This document shows positions 42,232 through 54,245 of a stretch of DNA of 64,000 bases, in pieces. Position 1 is the first letter of the stretch; each line of letters opens with the position of its first letter. A model generated the notes under the pieces. It did no database searches and was not told the DNA's origin. It saw only the letters and a program-made list of their open reading frames with translations. The position numbers were made by a program, and so were the translations under genes. Source of the stretch: Williopsis jadinii (taxonomy: Eukaryota); NCBI GenBank assembly GCA_024346625.1, contig AP024664.1, forward strand, positions 4,030,001 through 4,094,000, written 5' to 3'.

Positions 42232-43452
42232 ATGTTTAAGAGACTGTTCTGCACCACACGGGCCAGCCTTGCTAAGAGGGTGCCCAAGTCAAAGGGTAAA
42301 TCAGCACCTACCAGCAACGCAAATGCCCTATTAGGACGCCAATCTTCCAAATTGAGTGTTGGTATAGTGGGGCTTGCCAACGTGGGTAAATCCACTTTCT
42401 TCCAGGCCATAACCAAGAGTGCCATTGGTAACCCGAATAACTACCCCTTTGCCACGGTTGATCCTGAGGAGGCGATGTACACTGTGCCATCTCCAAAGCT
42501 GGAAGAGTTACGTGAGATATTTGGTTCCGAGAGGACCTTGCCGAGCTATCTCAAGATTGTGGATATTGCCGGTTTAGTGAGAAATGCTTCTAAAGGTGAG
42601 GGTTTAGGAAACCAGTTCCTGAACGACATTAGAAACGTTGATGGGATATTCCACGTTGTACGTGGGTTCGATAACGATGAGATCACACATGTGGAGTTGA
42701 CGGTGGATCCAGTACGTGACTTGGAAATCGTGACCGATGAATTGCTGTTGAAAGATCTGGATACAGCTGAAAGCGCCTTAGAGAGGAATAAGAAGAGCAT
42801 GAAGAGTATGAAAGCAGGAGATAGAAAGGAGCTTGAGAAGGAGAATGCCATCCTGGAAAAATTGACCAATATGATGATGGAAAATGGTCGTCTCTTGAAC
42901 AATGAAAAATGGACTGAGGATGAGGTTGACGTTGTTAACAAACACAAGTTTCTCACTGCAAAACCAACAGTGTACCTGTTGAACGTTTCGCAAGAGGATT
43001 ACCTCTCCGGAGAGAACAACTACATTGAAGATGTGAAATCCTGGTTGAAGAGTAACTCTCCAAAGGAGAAGCTCATCATGTTCTCTGCAGATTATGAACA
43101 CTCACAGCTCGAAAAGAAAGACCGTAGTGAGGTTATCAACGAAATGGTTGTACAGATGAAGGATCAACTCAACTTGATAAGTTTCTATACATGTGGTAAG
43201 ATAGAAGCTCGTGAATGGAACGTCAAGAGAGGATCCACTGCACCGGAAGGAGCTGGCATGATCCATACAGACTTACAAAAGGGATTTCTCAACGCCAACG
43301 TTTTGAAATACGACAAATTGATAGAACAAAAGGATCAGGTCATCAATGGAGAAGTGGAAAAGTCCATCAAATACGACAAAGTCGGCAAAGCATACGAGAT
43401 CGAAGACGGTGACATCATTGTGATTAACGCAATTGGAGGCAAGACCAGATGA
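42232..43452 (+). CDS. YLF2: Mitochondrial Obg-family YchF/Ola1-like NTPase
   Basis: Presequence; GIVGLANVGKST, NYPFAT, DIAGLV, TGS-like C-terminus; follows OTU2 as in S. cerevisiae. Confidence 0.85.
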   Translation: MFKRLFCTTRASLAKRVPKSKGKSAPTSNANALLGRQSSKLSVGIVGLANVGKSTFFQAITKSAIGNPNNYPFATVDPEEAMYTVPSPKLEELREIFGSERTLPSYLKIVDIAGLVRNASKGEGLGNQFLNDIRNVDGIFHVVRGFDNDEITHVELTVDPVRDLEIVTDELLLKDLDTAESALERNKKSMKSMKAGDRKELEKENAILEKLTNMMMENGRLLNNEKWTEDEVDVVNKHKFLTAKPTVYLLNVSQEDYLSGENNYIEDVKSWLKSNSPKEKLIMFSADYEHSQLEKKDRSEVINEMVVQMKDQLNLISFYTCGKIEAREWNVKRGSTAPEGAGMIHTDLQKGFLNANVLKYDKLIEQKDQVINGEVEKSIKYDKVGKAYEIEDGDIIVINAIGGKTR

Positions 43453-43974
43453 GAGTAAGACTACTCCATGGCTACACTTCTGTTGGCTTGTACATATATT
43501 CTCAGCTTATTTGAATAGGAAGATCTTATACATATCCCTTTACATAGGTGTTAGTACTCTCTAAGGCTTGAGGCATGATTGTCCACTGCTTTTCTGGAAT
43601 CAATTGGGCACATTGATGGTAAAATATCAGAGCGTTTGACAATATTTCTTCTCACGAACAGAAAAGTCGAAGAGCTGGGTTTATATTATAAAAAGTCACT
43701 AGGACTCGGTCTCATCATTTAGACATGAATGTAGCTCCTTCAATTAAAAAAGGTCCAAGCTTCGAATCATCATCGTTACAAGATACTCACTCTGTTTTTC
43801 TCCCCATGGATTTACAACCATAATGAAGTGTAAAGTAAAGAGAGAGAATGGAAAAAGTGAAATTTTTTCTCAATGTTGATGAGAATAACTTTCGTTGAAA
43901 GTTTTTTAGGGCTTGGGATTATATCTTTGTTTAATTAGGGATGTCGATCCGTAACTTCTACGACTTTCGTACAA

Positions 43975-44046
43975 GGTTGTATAGTGTAGTGGTTATCACT
44001 TTCGGTTTTGATCCGAACAACCCCGGTTCGAATCCGGGTACGACCT
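43975..44046 (+). tRNA. tRNA-Gln (TTG)
   Basis: GGTTGTA...TACGACC-T; anticodon arm TTCGG-TTTTGAT-CCGAA; GGTTCGAATCC; T-run terminator. Confidence 0.97.
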
Positions 44047-45861
44047 TTTTTTTTATCAAAAATGTATCAGCTCCATATGAAGGTCACATCAATTCATGCT
44101 GAAGCGGACTGGCCAACTGTTTCGTACTCTTTGGGAGTACGCTGACCAATCATTGGACAGTTGGTACAACTCTATGGTGTTTTTATTACATGAACTCACC
44201 TCTGCGCGGATATGCGTAACGAAGTGTTAAGGCTCTTAACCGTGATGCGTTGCGTATTATACAGCTCCATGATATTTCAATGTCTTCCAGTTAGACGATT
44301 TAGAAGTTATGGTATATGTTCTACTTATCTCACAATAGTGTGGAGAAGATGATAGCAGCTAGAGCAACTTTGTATGGAAACAAAGAATCATGATAATAGG
44401 AGATATATCGATTTTGTACGAGAGAAACTATCCATTAACATGCAGCAGTCCTCTTTTACACTGCAGCGTGATACCTCATTACACCTGTTTTAGGAAATAA
44501 AATTCGCTCCTTTTTATGATTGGCTGGCTTCATCCCAGGTTCAGTGGCTCGGTCACCATGTTAGGTGGCACGCTGGAAAGCCAATTGAAGATCCTTTGAC
44601 GAAAATTACCAGTGAATACCCCTTCAAACATTTGAATTAACACCCTGCATCATACTACGTGCTGTTTTTTTTTAACTCCAGTTGTATTCCAGGATCACGA
44701 GTATTGTTGATCGAAATATTCAAGGGCCTAGGAAAGTTCTCAAAGGATCTCTTCATCAAGTCCAGTGAAACGTGTGTACTAGCGAGCAAAAAACAGTTGA
44801 TTGTACAGAGATAATGAATACTTTTTGGATCTACTCTGGTCGAAGAAAAAGAAGTGTTTCTCTTTGACTTACTTATTTTGAATAGGCATGTTGGTGAGAA
44901 CACGGTAGTGGTCATTGAGTTTGATCAGTGGCAACACTAATAGGATCTTACACATTGCATAGCCTACTGCTTATTATTATCATGTTATTTCCCGTTCGAG
45001 GACGCAGTTCTGATTATAATTGAACATCGAAGCACGGCAAAAATAAGCCATATGCTACTACTTTATAAAGCCTTAGGTATGCTTTTACATATAATTGCCC
45101 AAAGAATAGCTCACTAGACGTCAGACTTCCCTAATTAATGGTCAATTATTTGATGTACACCCGAATAATGTTTGAACAAATGAAAGCTTATATGCGCAGA
45201 ACGGCATCAACTGTTAAGTGCGTGCATATCAGGAAGATTGTTTTGAACAGGAGCATACACTCATAGATGTTTACAAGTTTTATGTGAGGTTCTCTTTGAA
45301 CTTCCTTTGACAATTTTTATGTTATGGACAATTTGTTAGAGAATAATCACATTCTGTATGATGAACAAGGTTAGCAGTGTCGACGTATTGGTGTTGTCAT
45401 ATGTGCTAAACATAAGGTTCTTGGTGTAACAAGGTCTTTCTTATTTTGATGGGTTTGGACGAGTTATTTCTCCTTTTGATTGACTGTTTTCATGCTAACT
45501 ACATGCCCCTTTAAGCTAGGCATCGATTCCTAAACTTCGCATATAAGGCAGTCTCCAACTCGTCATTATCTTTAAGCTTATTGACTATTCACAGCTGTGA
45601 CCAAAGTCTTTCTACTGATGCTGAAGGTGCTTTTATGTATGTCAGGCTAAATAGAGTATACGGTGACTCAGCTACTGGTTCCACTCTTCTTAATTCTGGG
45701 TGCAAGTTGATCTAAAAGATCGCAAATCTGAACATATTGCTGTTGTGAATAATGGCCTCGCCATCTCCTCTCTCCAAAAGCAAGTATAAATATCCATGAC
45801 GATCGACCAGTTCTCGTAGGATAATTAGTTCAATTGAAGCTCCCTAGGCCAAGAAACTAAG

Positions 45862-48800
45862 ATGCACTTGTTCAATAGCTTAGCGTGTATTCTGCTATCT
45901 TTAACCACTTTTACATGCGCTAAAGCTCCAGAGAACCATAACCTGGAGAAAAGAGCATCTGATGTCCAAGGTATTGATATCATCACAGATATCAAAATCG
46001 TTGATGAGAATACGGGTTCTTCAAACACTTACGCCGGGAACTGGTTGACTGTCAGCGTCAGTTTCTTCAGTGAGATGCCAATTGATAAAGGTTCTTTCAC
46101 AGAATTTTCCATTCCAGGTATCGTTGATGGACCAACTTCCGAAACATTGTCCGTTAAAGACAGTTATGAGACATTTGGTCGTTTGACCAAGATCAACGTT
46201 GCAACAGGTAAATACAGAGTCCAGTTCTCTGATTGGACCTCGGAAAACTACAACTTGAAAGGAACCATGACATTCAGTGTTCATCTGGAGGAACCGGTTA
46301 CCCAACCACAGACTAAAGAAATCATTGCTTATGCTGCGCCAGACAAACAGTTCACATCAACTTTGAACATCATGAAGATGCCTGATGATGCTCCATTTGT
46401 TTCTGCTTTCTGGGATGGTGCAACTGAAAGTCCAAAATGGCTTATTGATGTTCCTGGAACCCTTGGTCCCTGGGATTCGTTGGAGATATGGAATGAGAAT
46501 CCATACGACTCAAGATACACCTATGTTTCAGAGTACTCCTACACCTTCAAGTGTGAAGACTTCAAAACTTCAATTGGATCTCAAAGAAATTCACTGGGGA
46601 ATGCAACAATCTTTGAAGATGGACCAACTAGAACATCTGATTCTTATTGTGAGTCAAGCAGTTTTAGTGCAAAATACGACAAGACAATTGAGTCTTCCGA
46701 AGTTCTACGACTTTCTGTTGCTACTTCACGTATTTGGTTTGCTACATTGCTCAATAATACCATGAATATTGTTGTCACAAAGGGTTTGGAAAACCACACA
46801 TATGTTATTGACAGTATTATTCATTATGACAGTTTGAGATCATTCGATGAGTTCACTGGACAGAAGGATAGAGCATCAGCATCCTCGACTGTGGTGTCTT
46901 CAACCGAGTCATCGTCTTCATCTGAAGAGGAGTTAAACACAAGTGAGGAGACGTCGTCTAGTGATGATAACTTCTCCAGTGACGATACATCTTCGAGTGA
47001 AGAGACATCTTTGAGTGAGGAGCCATCATCCAGTGAAGAAACATCATCCAGTGAAGAAACATCATCTAATGATGATGACTACTCGAGCCATGAGACATCC
47101 TCCAGTGACGAGACATCCTCCCGTGATGATGACTTCTCGAGTGAAGAGGTCATTTCATCTGACGATGACTCTTCAGCCGGAGGTGGCTCCTCAACTGTGG
47201 AGACTAGTACATCTTCAGATCTTCAGACTGACGATGAATCTTCAACAAGTGAGGACCTGCAATCAACTGAAAAAGAATCAAGTTCTGAAAGCTCAGAGAG
47301 CTCCACTCATTCATCTTCTGCTGGGAAACTCACTGAATCATCTGAGTATGTGGGATCAGTCACTTCGACCGAAGAATCATCTATAGAGTCAATCTCAGAG
47401 ATAAGTGATCCCGAGTCCACAGCATCAAGCTCTTCTAAAGTATCTGATGTGAATACTGATACCGAATCGGTATCTACATCAGAAAGTGAAAGTTCATCAG
47501 AAGGCATAGTGATTCCAACTTCAACAGCAGAAATTCAAGAGCCTCAAATAACTGGCCATATTGTTGAAGGGGACTATATACAATGGCGTATCACAGTTCC
47601 AGGTGAGCTTGGTCCTTGGACTAATGTTAGAGCCGAGGGATCTACTGACGGCACCTTTGAGTTTGTTAATGCTAGTTATGCTGTTGATAATGTTGCCTAT
47701 GAACAAAGTATCGACTCACTAGATTATCTTGACTTACAAACCGACCTGTACTCTGAAGATGGTGTTCTTATTGATATCGGTGGAGAGGCTGTTTCAGGAG
47801 ATTCTTTCACTATTACTGCACTTCTGACAATCACCACACCTGATGAGAGGCTTATGAAGAGAGATACTGAAACCTGGACCTTGACCTTTACTGTCGAGCG
47901 TGAAGGAACTGCTTCATCGTCTTCTACATCGCTGAGCTCTTCAATTAATACTGTGTCTGAGAGCTCTGATGAACTGGATACCTCATCATCATCTGCAGAC
48001 ACAACAGCGTCACCATCTGGTATCACCACCTCAACCCTCACAGAAGAGCACCTTGAGACCACAGTTGTGACTCTAACTGACTGTGACGACCACACATGTA
48101 CTGAATCTTTGACAACTGCTGCTATCACCACCGTAACAACTACCGTTGAAGGTGTTGTTACCACTTACACCACCTATTGTCCAACGAGTGCTGAGACACA
48201 GCACACTACTAAGGGACCAGGTGCCACATGTAACGTCACCAAGGCCCACCAGAGTGTTCCAGGCGACGACGACGCTGATACAAAGCCCGATGAAGAAGAT
48301 AAACCAGGTAAAGGTCCTGTGCCAACTTGCAGAGTCACCAAAACCAATGACAAAGGCCAGGCAGCCACTGAGACAGGACATGCTGATGGTGTAACCAAGA
48401 CTACGGATGCTGAAGCTGTCACTGTCAAGACAGTCACTTCCTGTGTCGAAGAAGTGTGTCACACCACCGAGGTAACAGAGGTTATTACAAAGAAGCCTGG
48501 TGAGACTACTGTATCAACAGTGCCAAAGAGTACTTCAGAACATGCGTTAGAAACAGTTACCACTACAAAGGCCATTGGAGGTGATGAGACAATCACAGAG
48601 GAAACAGTCATTCCAAAGCCAAAGGCTCCTGAGGAAACTAGTCGTGAAACTGATACAGTCATCACTGAACAAGTCACAGTAACTGCCACAACTGAAGAAG
48701 GCACCAGGGATGAAGGCTCTGATGATTACAAGACCACTGTCGTTGAGCAAGTTCATGAAACACCAGAGGAACATGCTGATACTGTGACAAAAGAACAAAT

Positions 48801-49008
48801 GGAGACTGAACAAGAACATGCTACTACTATCAATAATGAGGGAGCTGGAACCACAGAGACTCTGGAAGACCAGCCTTCTGCCACAGTTGTGGTGGAGACC
48901 CCATTGAGCACTGTTCCCTCAGTGACAACGTATGAAGGTTCCAGTAATAGTATGAAGACGTCTGTCTTCTTCGTTATTTTTTCATCTTTCTTAATGCTAC
49001 TGATATGA
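45862..49008 (+). CDS. GPI-anchored adhesin/flocculin with beta-rich N-terminal domains and flocculin-type Cys repeats
   Basis: Signal peptide plus LEKR; duplicated WxIxVPGxLGPW module; acidic Ser-rich linker; TLTDCDDHTC...TTYTTYCP repeat; YEGSSN plus hydrophobic tail. Confidence 0.85.
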   Translation: MHLFNSLACILLSLTTFTCAKAPENHNLEKRASDVQGIDIITDIKIVDENTGSSNTYAGNWLTVSVSFFSEMPIDKGSFTEFSIPGIVDGPTSETLSVKDSYETFGRLTKINVATGKYRVQFSDWTSENYNLKGTMTFSVHLEEPVTQPQTKEIIAYAAPDKQFTSTLNIMKMPDDAPFVSAFWDGATESPKWLIDVPGTLGPWDSLEIWNENPYDSRYTYVSEYSYTFKCEDFKTSIGSQRNSLGNATIFEDGPTRTSDSYCESSSFSAKYDKTIESSEVLRLSVATSRIWFATLLNNTMNIVVTKGLENHTYVIDSIIHYDSLRSFDEFTGQKDRASASSTVVSSTESSSSSEEELNTSEETSSSDDNFSSDDTSSSEETSLSEEPSSSEETSSSEETSSNDDDYSSHETSSSDETSSRDDDFSSEEVISSDDDSSAGGGSSTVETSTSSDLQTDDESSTSEDLQSTEKESSSESSESSTHSSSAGKLTESSEYVGSVTSTEESSIESISEISDPESTASSSSKVSDVNTDTESVSTSESESSSEGIVIPTSTAEIQEPQITGHIVEGDYIQWRITVPGELGPWTNVRAEGSTDGTFEFVNASYAVDNVAYEQSIDSLDYLDLQTDLYSEDGVLIDIGGEAVSGDSFTITALLTITTPDERLMKRDTETWTLTFTVEREGTASSSSTSLSSSINTVSESSDELDTSSSSADTTASPSGITTSTLTEEHLETTVVTLTDCDDHTCTESLTTAAITTVTTTVEGVVTTYTTYCPTSAETQHTTKGPGATCNVTKAHQSVPGDDDADTKPDEEDKPGKGPVPTCRVTKTNDKGQAATETGHADGVTKTTDAEAVTVKTVTSCVEEVCHTTEVTEVITKKPGETTVSTVPKSTSEHALETVTTTKAIGGDETITEETVIPKPKAPEETSRETDTVITEQVTVTATTEEGTRDEGSDDYKTTVVEQVHETPEEHADTVTKEQMETEQEHATTINNEGAGTTETLEDQPSATVVVETPLSTVPSVTTYEGSSNSMKTSVFFVIFSSFLMLLI

Positions 49009-49276
49009 GATTCTTCCCAGTAAAGAGCTATTCACATTTCTTATCAATGACCTCTTTTGAATCATACAACTATTCTTGTATGATATTATATACAAAGTGA
49101 GACCCTGACGTCTTCGTCAGAGCCTCCAGATCTAATGTATACGATTTTAAACTAGTTTTAATCATCATTATATCGATTCAACATGGATATACCGTGCCAC
49201 GCAATAAATAAATAAGCTGCTGGAATAAATAAAATAGAGAAGCAAATAAATAATAAATAAAAAATCATCAAACGTA

Positions 49277-50272
49277 TCAGGCGTGTCTAATGTCTGTTTC
49301 TATGTTACCCAAGATCGACAGCTCCATCTGTCTCAGCGTCTCATCAAAGGAGGCAGAGTCAAACTTTGGTTGCTTGCGGTCAACATCCTCCAGAGCGTTG
49401 GTGAATGTAATCAACTCGCGGACGTTCTTCATCGGCAGGAACTGCAATGACGATAAATGTTCTCTAATCTCGTCACACTGGTCAGTAGAGCCCTTCAATT
49501 TACACATCTGGTAGTCGTGTAATAGTGGCGACACCAGCGATTGCGGGTTTTCAAAGTGTTTATCGGTCAGTATAATTACAGAGATTCCAAATCTCTGTGC
49601 AAGGTTTACAAACATCTCTGATTCATATGGAGAGTTCACAACGAGGTAATTCTTCAGATTGAAAGCTCTGTGGAGTGACGAGCTCGACTTCAAGTACCTC
49701 TCCATCATAGTCGCACTCAGGTGCCCGTCCATGCCGTTAATAACCTTGGAGTAGTTTATATTCTGCTTATGGTGTTTTGAAAAGAGGCTCTTGTTCGACG
49801 ACCGTAGAAGTGAGCCATAGAGAATGGGTGTAATGCCCAGCGACGCAAAGTAGTCACCTCTAACCACTCCAAAGTCCAGTCCGGAGGACTCGTGGACATG
49901 CTTCAGCAGAGAGATACCGTCACCCGTGAGTCTTACATGTTTGATCATATAATCCTGGAGCCTGGCCATCGAGCCCCTTGGGTCTCTGCCAAAGAACTCA
50001 CGGATCTCCTCGGATCGTAAGAATGGGTAGTAAACCTTGGAGTATAGCTTGATCAGGTCTTTGTAGTCCAAGTTGCCAGTGTTGTATCCTTTCATCAGCG
50101 ACTCAAACGACTTCTGGAGAGCCTTTAGCTCTCCATGGGAGATCAGCTGCGTCTTCCCATTATCAAGCAGTGCCCTGTTGATGTGCCATGTCTGTGGCTT
50201 CTGCTGGAACAGCACAGAGTCATGGATATGGAGCTTCGTCAGATGTGGCTTCGGTCTTAGTGATCTAAGCAT
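49277..50272 (-). CDS. Uncharacterised protein, probably mitochondrial
   Basis: 331-aa ATG-initiated ORF with basic presequence-like start [13 protein letters not shown]; no family recognised. Confidence 0.65.
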   Translation of the reverse strand: MLRSLRPKPHLTKLHIHDSVLFQQKPQTWHINRALLDNGKTQLISHGELKALQKSFESLMKGYNTGNLDYKDLIKLYSKVYYPFLRSEEIREFFGRDPRGSMARLQDYMIKHVRLTGDGISLLKHVHESSGLDFGVVRGDYFASLGITPILYGSLLRSSNKSLFSKHHKQNINYSKVINGMDGHLSATMMERYLKSSSSLHRAFNLKNYLVVNSPYESEMFVNLAQRFGISVIILTDKHFENPQSLVSPLLHDYQMCKLKGSTDQCDEIREHLSSLQFLPMKNVRELITFTNALEDVDRKQPKFDSASFDETLRQMELSILGNIETDIRHA

Positions 50273-50422
50273 TTGAGCTTATCTTTTATGGTATTCGATG
50301 GGCTAAACGGTGTTGAAAGAGAGAACAGGACGAGACATAATTACTTCAGCAAGGGGACGTTGTCTCCATCGGGATTAAAAGACGGGAAATGTCCTAAACG
50401 GGTAATTACTGTAAATGGAATA

Positions 50423-50473
50423 ACACCCAGACATCAGTGTGCACCCGGACACCAACACCAACACCCGGACACC
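50423..50473 (+). promoter_or_regulatory. Rap1-like site triad, copy C (inverted relative to A and B)
   Basis: acacccagacat...cacccggacacc...acacccggacacc. Confidence 0.7.
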
Positions 50474-50581
50474 ACCAAGTATGCGTGCAAAACTTCTTCC
50501 GATGAGGACGTTGATGTTTCAATTTTGGGCAGGAGGAGCTCTCCACGGGTCCACTACGCTGCTTCTAACACTGCTGGAGAG

Positions 50582-51826
50582 ATGCCTCGTGATCCATTGA
50601 TCGGTATAGTCGGTAAGCCATCGAGCGGGAAGTCCACAACGCTGAATTCGTTGACAGATGCTGCTGCTAAAACAGGGGCCTTTCCCTTCACAACCATCGA
50701 TCCTAACAAAGCTACCGGTTATCTGCAGATTGACTGTGCCTGTAAGAGGATGAACAAGGCCGAGCTGTGTAAGCCGAACTACGGTTGGTGCACCAATGGT
50801 AAACGTCATGTTCCTATCTTACTGTTGGACGTTGCTGGGTTGGTTCCAGGGGCTCATCAAGGCAAAGGTTTGGGTAATAAGTTCTTGGATGACCTAAGAC
50901 ACGCGGACGCGCTGATCCATGTTGTCGACGTCAGTGGCACCACTGACGCCGAAGGTAAGAACACTCGAGGCTATGACCCACTGCAAGATGTTGAATGGTT
51001 GCAAGACGAGATTAGACTGTGGATTGAAGGAAATCTGAAGAAGAGATGGGGTTCAATCGTCAGAAGACATACTGCTACAAAGAGTCCCATTGTGGAGACC
51101 CTGCTAACGCAGTTCGCAGGTTACTCGGCGAACAGAGAGATGGTGGCTCGTGCAATGGACAGGCTGCAATCTGTGGGGAAATTGGAGGAATGGGACGATG
51201 CAAAGATCACCGAGGTGGTGAAGGCATTCATGGCGGAGAAGTTCCCTACAGTTCTGTCTTTGAACAAGATCGACCACCCAGATGCCGATAAAAACGTCAG
51301 TAAGATCATACTGAAGTACCCTGATACCAAAGCAGTGCTCACAAGTGCAATCACGGAAGTGTTTCTGAGGAAATTGGCCAAACAGGGCTTCATTAAATAT
51401 GAGGAAGGCACTGAGTTCATAGATACAAAGGAAGACCTTCCAGACGACCCAGACCTCAAGGAGCTGGACGACAAGCTAAAGAATCGGATTGAGAACATTC
51501 GTGACTTGGTTCTATACAGGTTTGGATCCACAGGGGTGGTTCAAGTACTACAAGCAGCTGCAGAAGTTCTACAGCTGGTTCCGGTATTCACCGTGAGAAA
51601 TATCCACACCTTCACTTCCGGGAACGGAACCAACGTGTTTAGAGACTGTACGCTCATAAGAAGAGGCACTCCCGTGGGTAAAGTGGCGAGATATATCGTT
51701 GGCGATGTCACAATTGCGGCTGTTGAAGGAATTGGCGGACAAAGGGTGAGCGAGGACGATGTCGTTGACATCGGCAAGAACGACATTTTGTCCTTCAAAG
51801 TGGTTCCAGGTGGTAATAAGGAGTGA
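50582..51826 (+). CDS. Obg-family GTPase, YGR210C-like subfamily
   Basis: True ATG 50582: [56 protein letters not shown]-x-C...C...C insert. Confidence 0.9.
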   Translation: MPRDPLIGIVGKPSSGKSTTLNSLTDAAAKTGAFPFTTIDPNKATGYLQIDCACKRMNKAELCKPNYGWCTNGKRHVPILLLDVAGLVPGAHQGKGLGNKFLDDLRHADALIHVVDVSGTTDAEGKNTRGYDPLQDVEWLQDEIRLWIEGNLKKRWGSIVRRHTATKSPIVETLLTQFAGYSANREMVARAMDRLQSVGKLEEWDDAKITEVVKAFMAEKFPTVLSLNKIDHPDADKNVSKIILKYPDTKAVLTSAITEVFLRKLAKQGFIKYEEGTEFIDTKEDLPDDPDLKELDDKLKNRIENIRDLVLYRFGSTGVVQVLQAAAEVLQLVPVFTVRNIHTFTSGNGTNVFRDCTLIRRGTPVGKVARYIVGDVTIAAVEGIGGQRVSEDDVVDIGKNDILSFKVVPGGNKE

Positions 51827-51978
51827 AGGACATACAAAGCATCCCAAGATGTGGTTTAGATTAGAAAATCAAATCGTACGGTCATTATAATATAAACGTT
51901 AACAGTGTAGTGATGGTGCAATGGAGGAAATAAAGATGCGAGAAATACATGTTAAAGATGCCAGTTCTGATGTTTGGA

Positions 51979-53625
51979 TCACTTCTTCTCCTGTGGATAG
52001 CAGTCGAGCTCAATCTCCTCGTGTGTTGCCTTGCCGTAAGATGCCTGTTCACTGGTATCACCACTAGAAGCAACAAACTTGGCTTCTGGGTCACGGCCTT
52101 CTTCAATCTCAATAACCTTCTCAATATATGTCTTCAGCAATGGAGAACTCAAGTCTCTGTGGAATTTCTCAGGACCGATGAATGTGGTTATAAAGACGTA
52201 GATGAAGACCGCACCTGTGAAGCAAGCAATGGTCTTTGCATAGTCGTACTTGATTGGGTTACCTTCAGCGTCCCATTCCAATGGCCAGAGCTTAGCCAAT
52301 CTTGTTTCAATGGTGGAGGAAGCAGAAGAGGCCAGGTTACCTAATTGATAAGCAAGACCAGAAACCAAGGCTCTTGCGTCTGGAGGAGACAACTCAGACA
52401 AGTGAATTGGCAGGACACCCCAGACACCGATGACTGCGAAGAAGAGGAAGAAACCACCACCAAGAACGGCACTGTTGTTGTGCATCATGTACGCTGGGTA
52501 GACGAAACAACCACCGATAACACAGCAGATGAGGATTGCCAGTCTACGGCCAGTGACTTCCATAAAAGTACCAGCAATCAAACCACCGGCGATGGCACCC
52601 AAGTTGACCACCACAATGGCAACTGTTTGAGCATCTAGGGACCATTCCAGCTGAGAACGTAACATGGTTGGATACATATCTTGGGAAGCGTGAGTCAAGT
52701 AGTTCGTACCAGCAAGCAAAATAACCAAGTAGGTGAATAGCAGCCAATCCTTCTTGAGCATGGCCTTGACTGAGCCCCATTTCGTCTTGAGAGTTGGCTT
52801 GACGTAAACTCCAGCCTCGATCTGATCTTGCTTGATCAACTCTCTGGCTTTCAAGACACGGGTGAAGTAACGAGTCTCTGGGAAAACCAGTCTCCAGCAG
52901 ATCAAGATGAATGGGAAGCAAGAGGAGAACCAGAAGAGGGCCTTCCATGAATGCTTTGTGCTTTCGAAAGCTCTCCAGAAGATAGCTGCGAAGATCATAC
53001 CAAAGGCATAGGCAGAGAAGAACAGACCAGATAAGAAAGAACGGGCTTTCAATGGGGCATCATCCATGGACGTTGCGGCAGCGGTGGCATAGGTACCACC
53101 CATGGCAATACCTGAAATGGCTCTGACGGCCATAAACTGCTGGTAAGTTTTACAGAATCCCGTACCAATTTGAAGAGCACAGAACATGGCAGCAGTGGTG
53201 ATGAATGGCCATTTTCTGGAGTAATTATCAGTCCAGAGACCAAAGATAACAGCACCTGCGGAACGAACCATAAGAACAGCAGACAGACCCCAAGTGATGT
53301 CAGCTGTGGAGACGTCAAGAGACTGTGCGATATAAGTACCGGAGACAGCGGTCAAGAAGAAGTCAAAAGACGCTGAGAACCAAGCAACAAACCCCATGAA
53401 GAAGAAGTTCCAGTTGTTCCATGACATTTCTCTCAATGAAGGTAGCGGGTTCAGATCTCCGACTGCGTGAAGATGGAGATGGGTTAGAGACGTAAATCTT
53501 GTCTTTGAGTATTCAACGATATTTGGCCAGTTGATGATGATTTCTTGTTCATCTTCGATGACAACGTCATCTGGGTCCTCGTGGATAGAGTCCTGACGAG
53601 TTACTGACTCTTCAAGTTTGTGCAT
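51979..53625 (-). CDS. JEN1: Jen-family carboxylate/H+ symporter (Jen1-like)
   Basis: Family signature NYLTHASQDMYPT; SGLAYQLGNLASSAS; 12-TM MFS pattern; exact paralog not resolvable. Confidence 0.85.
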   Translation of the reverse strand: MHKLEESVTRQDSIHEDPDDVVIEDEQEIIINWPNIVEYSKTRFTSLTHLHLHAVGDLNPLPSLREMSWNNWNFFFMGFVAWFSASFDFFLTAVSGTYIAQSLDVSTADITWGLSAVLMVRSAGAVIFGLWTDNYSRKWPFITTAAMFCALQIGTGFCKTYQQFMAVRAISGIAMGGTYATAAATSMDDAPLKARSFLSGLFFSAYAFGMIFAAIFWRAFESTKHSWKALFWFSSCFPFILICWRLVFPETRYFTRVLKARELIKQDQIEAGVYVKPTLKTKWGSVKAMLKKDWLLFTYLVILLAGTNYLTHASQDMYPTMLRSQLEWSLDAQTVAIVVVNLGAIAGGLIAGTFMEVTGRRLAILICCVIGGCFVYPAYMMHNNSAVLGGGFFLFFAVIGVWGVLPIHLSELSPPDARALVSGLAYQLGNLASSASSTIETRLAKLWPLEWDAEGNPIKYDYAKTIACFTGAVFIYVFITTFIGPEKFHRDLSSPLLKTYIEKVIEIEEGRDPEAKFVASSGDTSEQASYGKATHEEIELDCYPQEKK

Positions 53626-54232
53626 TGTTGTATATGTTGTATGAAGTATTAGGCTGAAGTGTAAGTGAACCTGAGAGATGTTGGGATCAGAGCAGGATGT
53701 TGGTTTGTATTTATACTAATCACGCTGTAGCCGACGCCAGTACGAATCGCATAGCCAACCTGAGTGATTAGGAAACATGGGTCATTGGAACCTGTGAGTC
53801 CTTTGACTCCTGGCTTGCATGGCAATGAGTGCACACCTCCAGCCAGTCAGAGATTGGAGCTGCATATCGTGCGTGGCTTTCCCTAGCCTTGTGGTATTTG
53901 AAAGAACAGGAGTGAGGCCTTATGAGGGTGTGGCTGATCACAGAGGCAAAGGATATTCACCGTGTTTAAGGTGAAAGCGAGCACGGACTCCCGCAACTTC
54001 GTGATCCGCCAGAGAACCTCAGTGCATATCTGAGCTCTGAAGCTCTCGTCTTGATACTAGCGAATCACCAGTGTGCCTGACCGACCAGCTCAATTGTCCA
54101 TGGAGTTAAGAACACTCAGACAAGACACATAAATGTCCACGACATGTGAACAGAGCGGAACCGTTTTAATTTTACATCTCAGCGCTACCAAAGTGCTAGT
54201 AGAAAAATTTTCTGCTGCTGCGTTGACGCACG

Positions 54233-54245
54233 AAATATTCCGGGG
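54233..54245. promoter_or_regulatory. Possible Mig1 glucose-repression site upstream of JEN1
   Basis: AT-rich run followed by CCGGGG (SYGGRG); a short motif, so weak evidence. Confidence 0.35.

Noticed and set aside
39824..44046. tRNA-flanked block as an integrated island or LTR element
   Set aside because: The two tRNAs are different, the genes inside are mostly core genes, and no LTR, integrase or target duplication is visible
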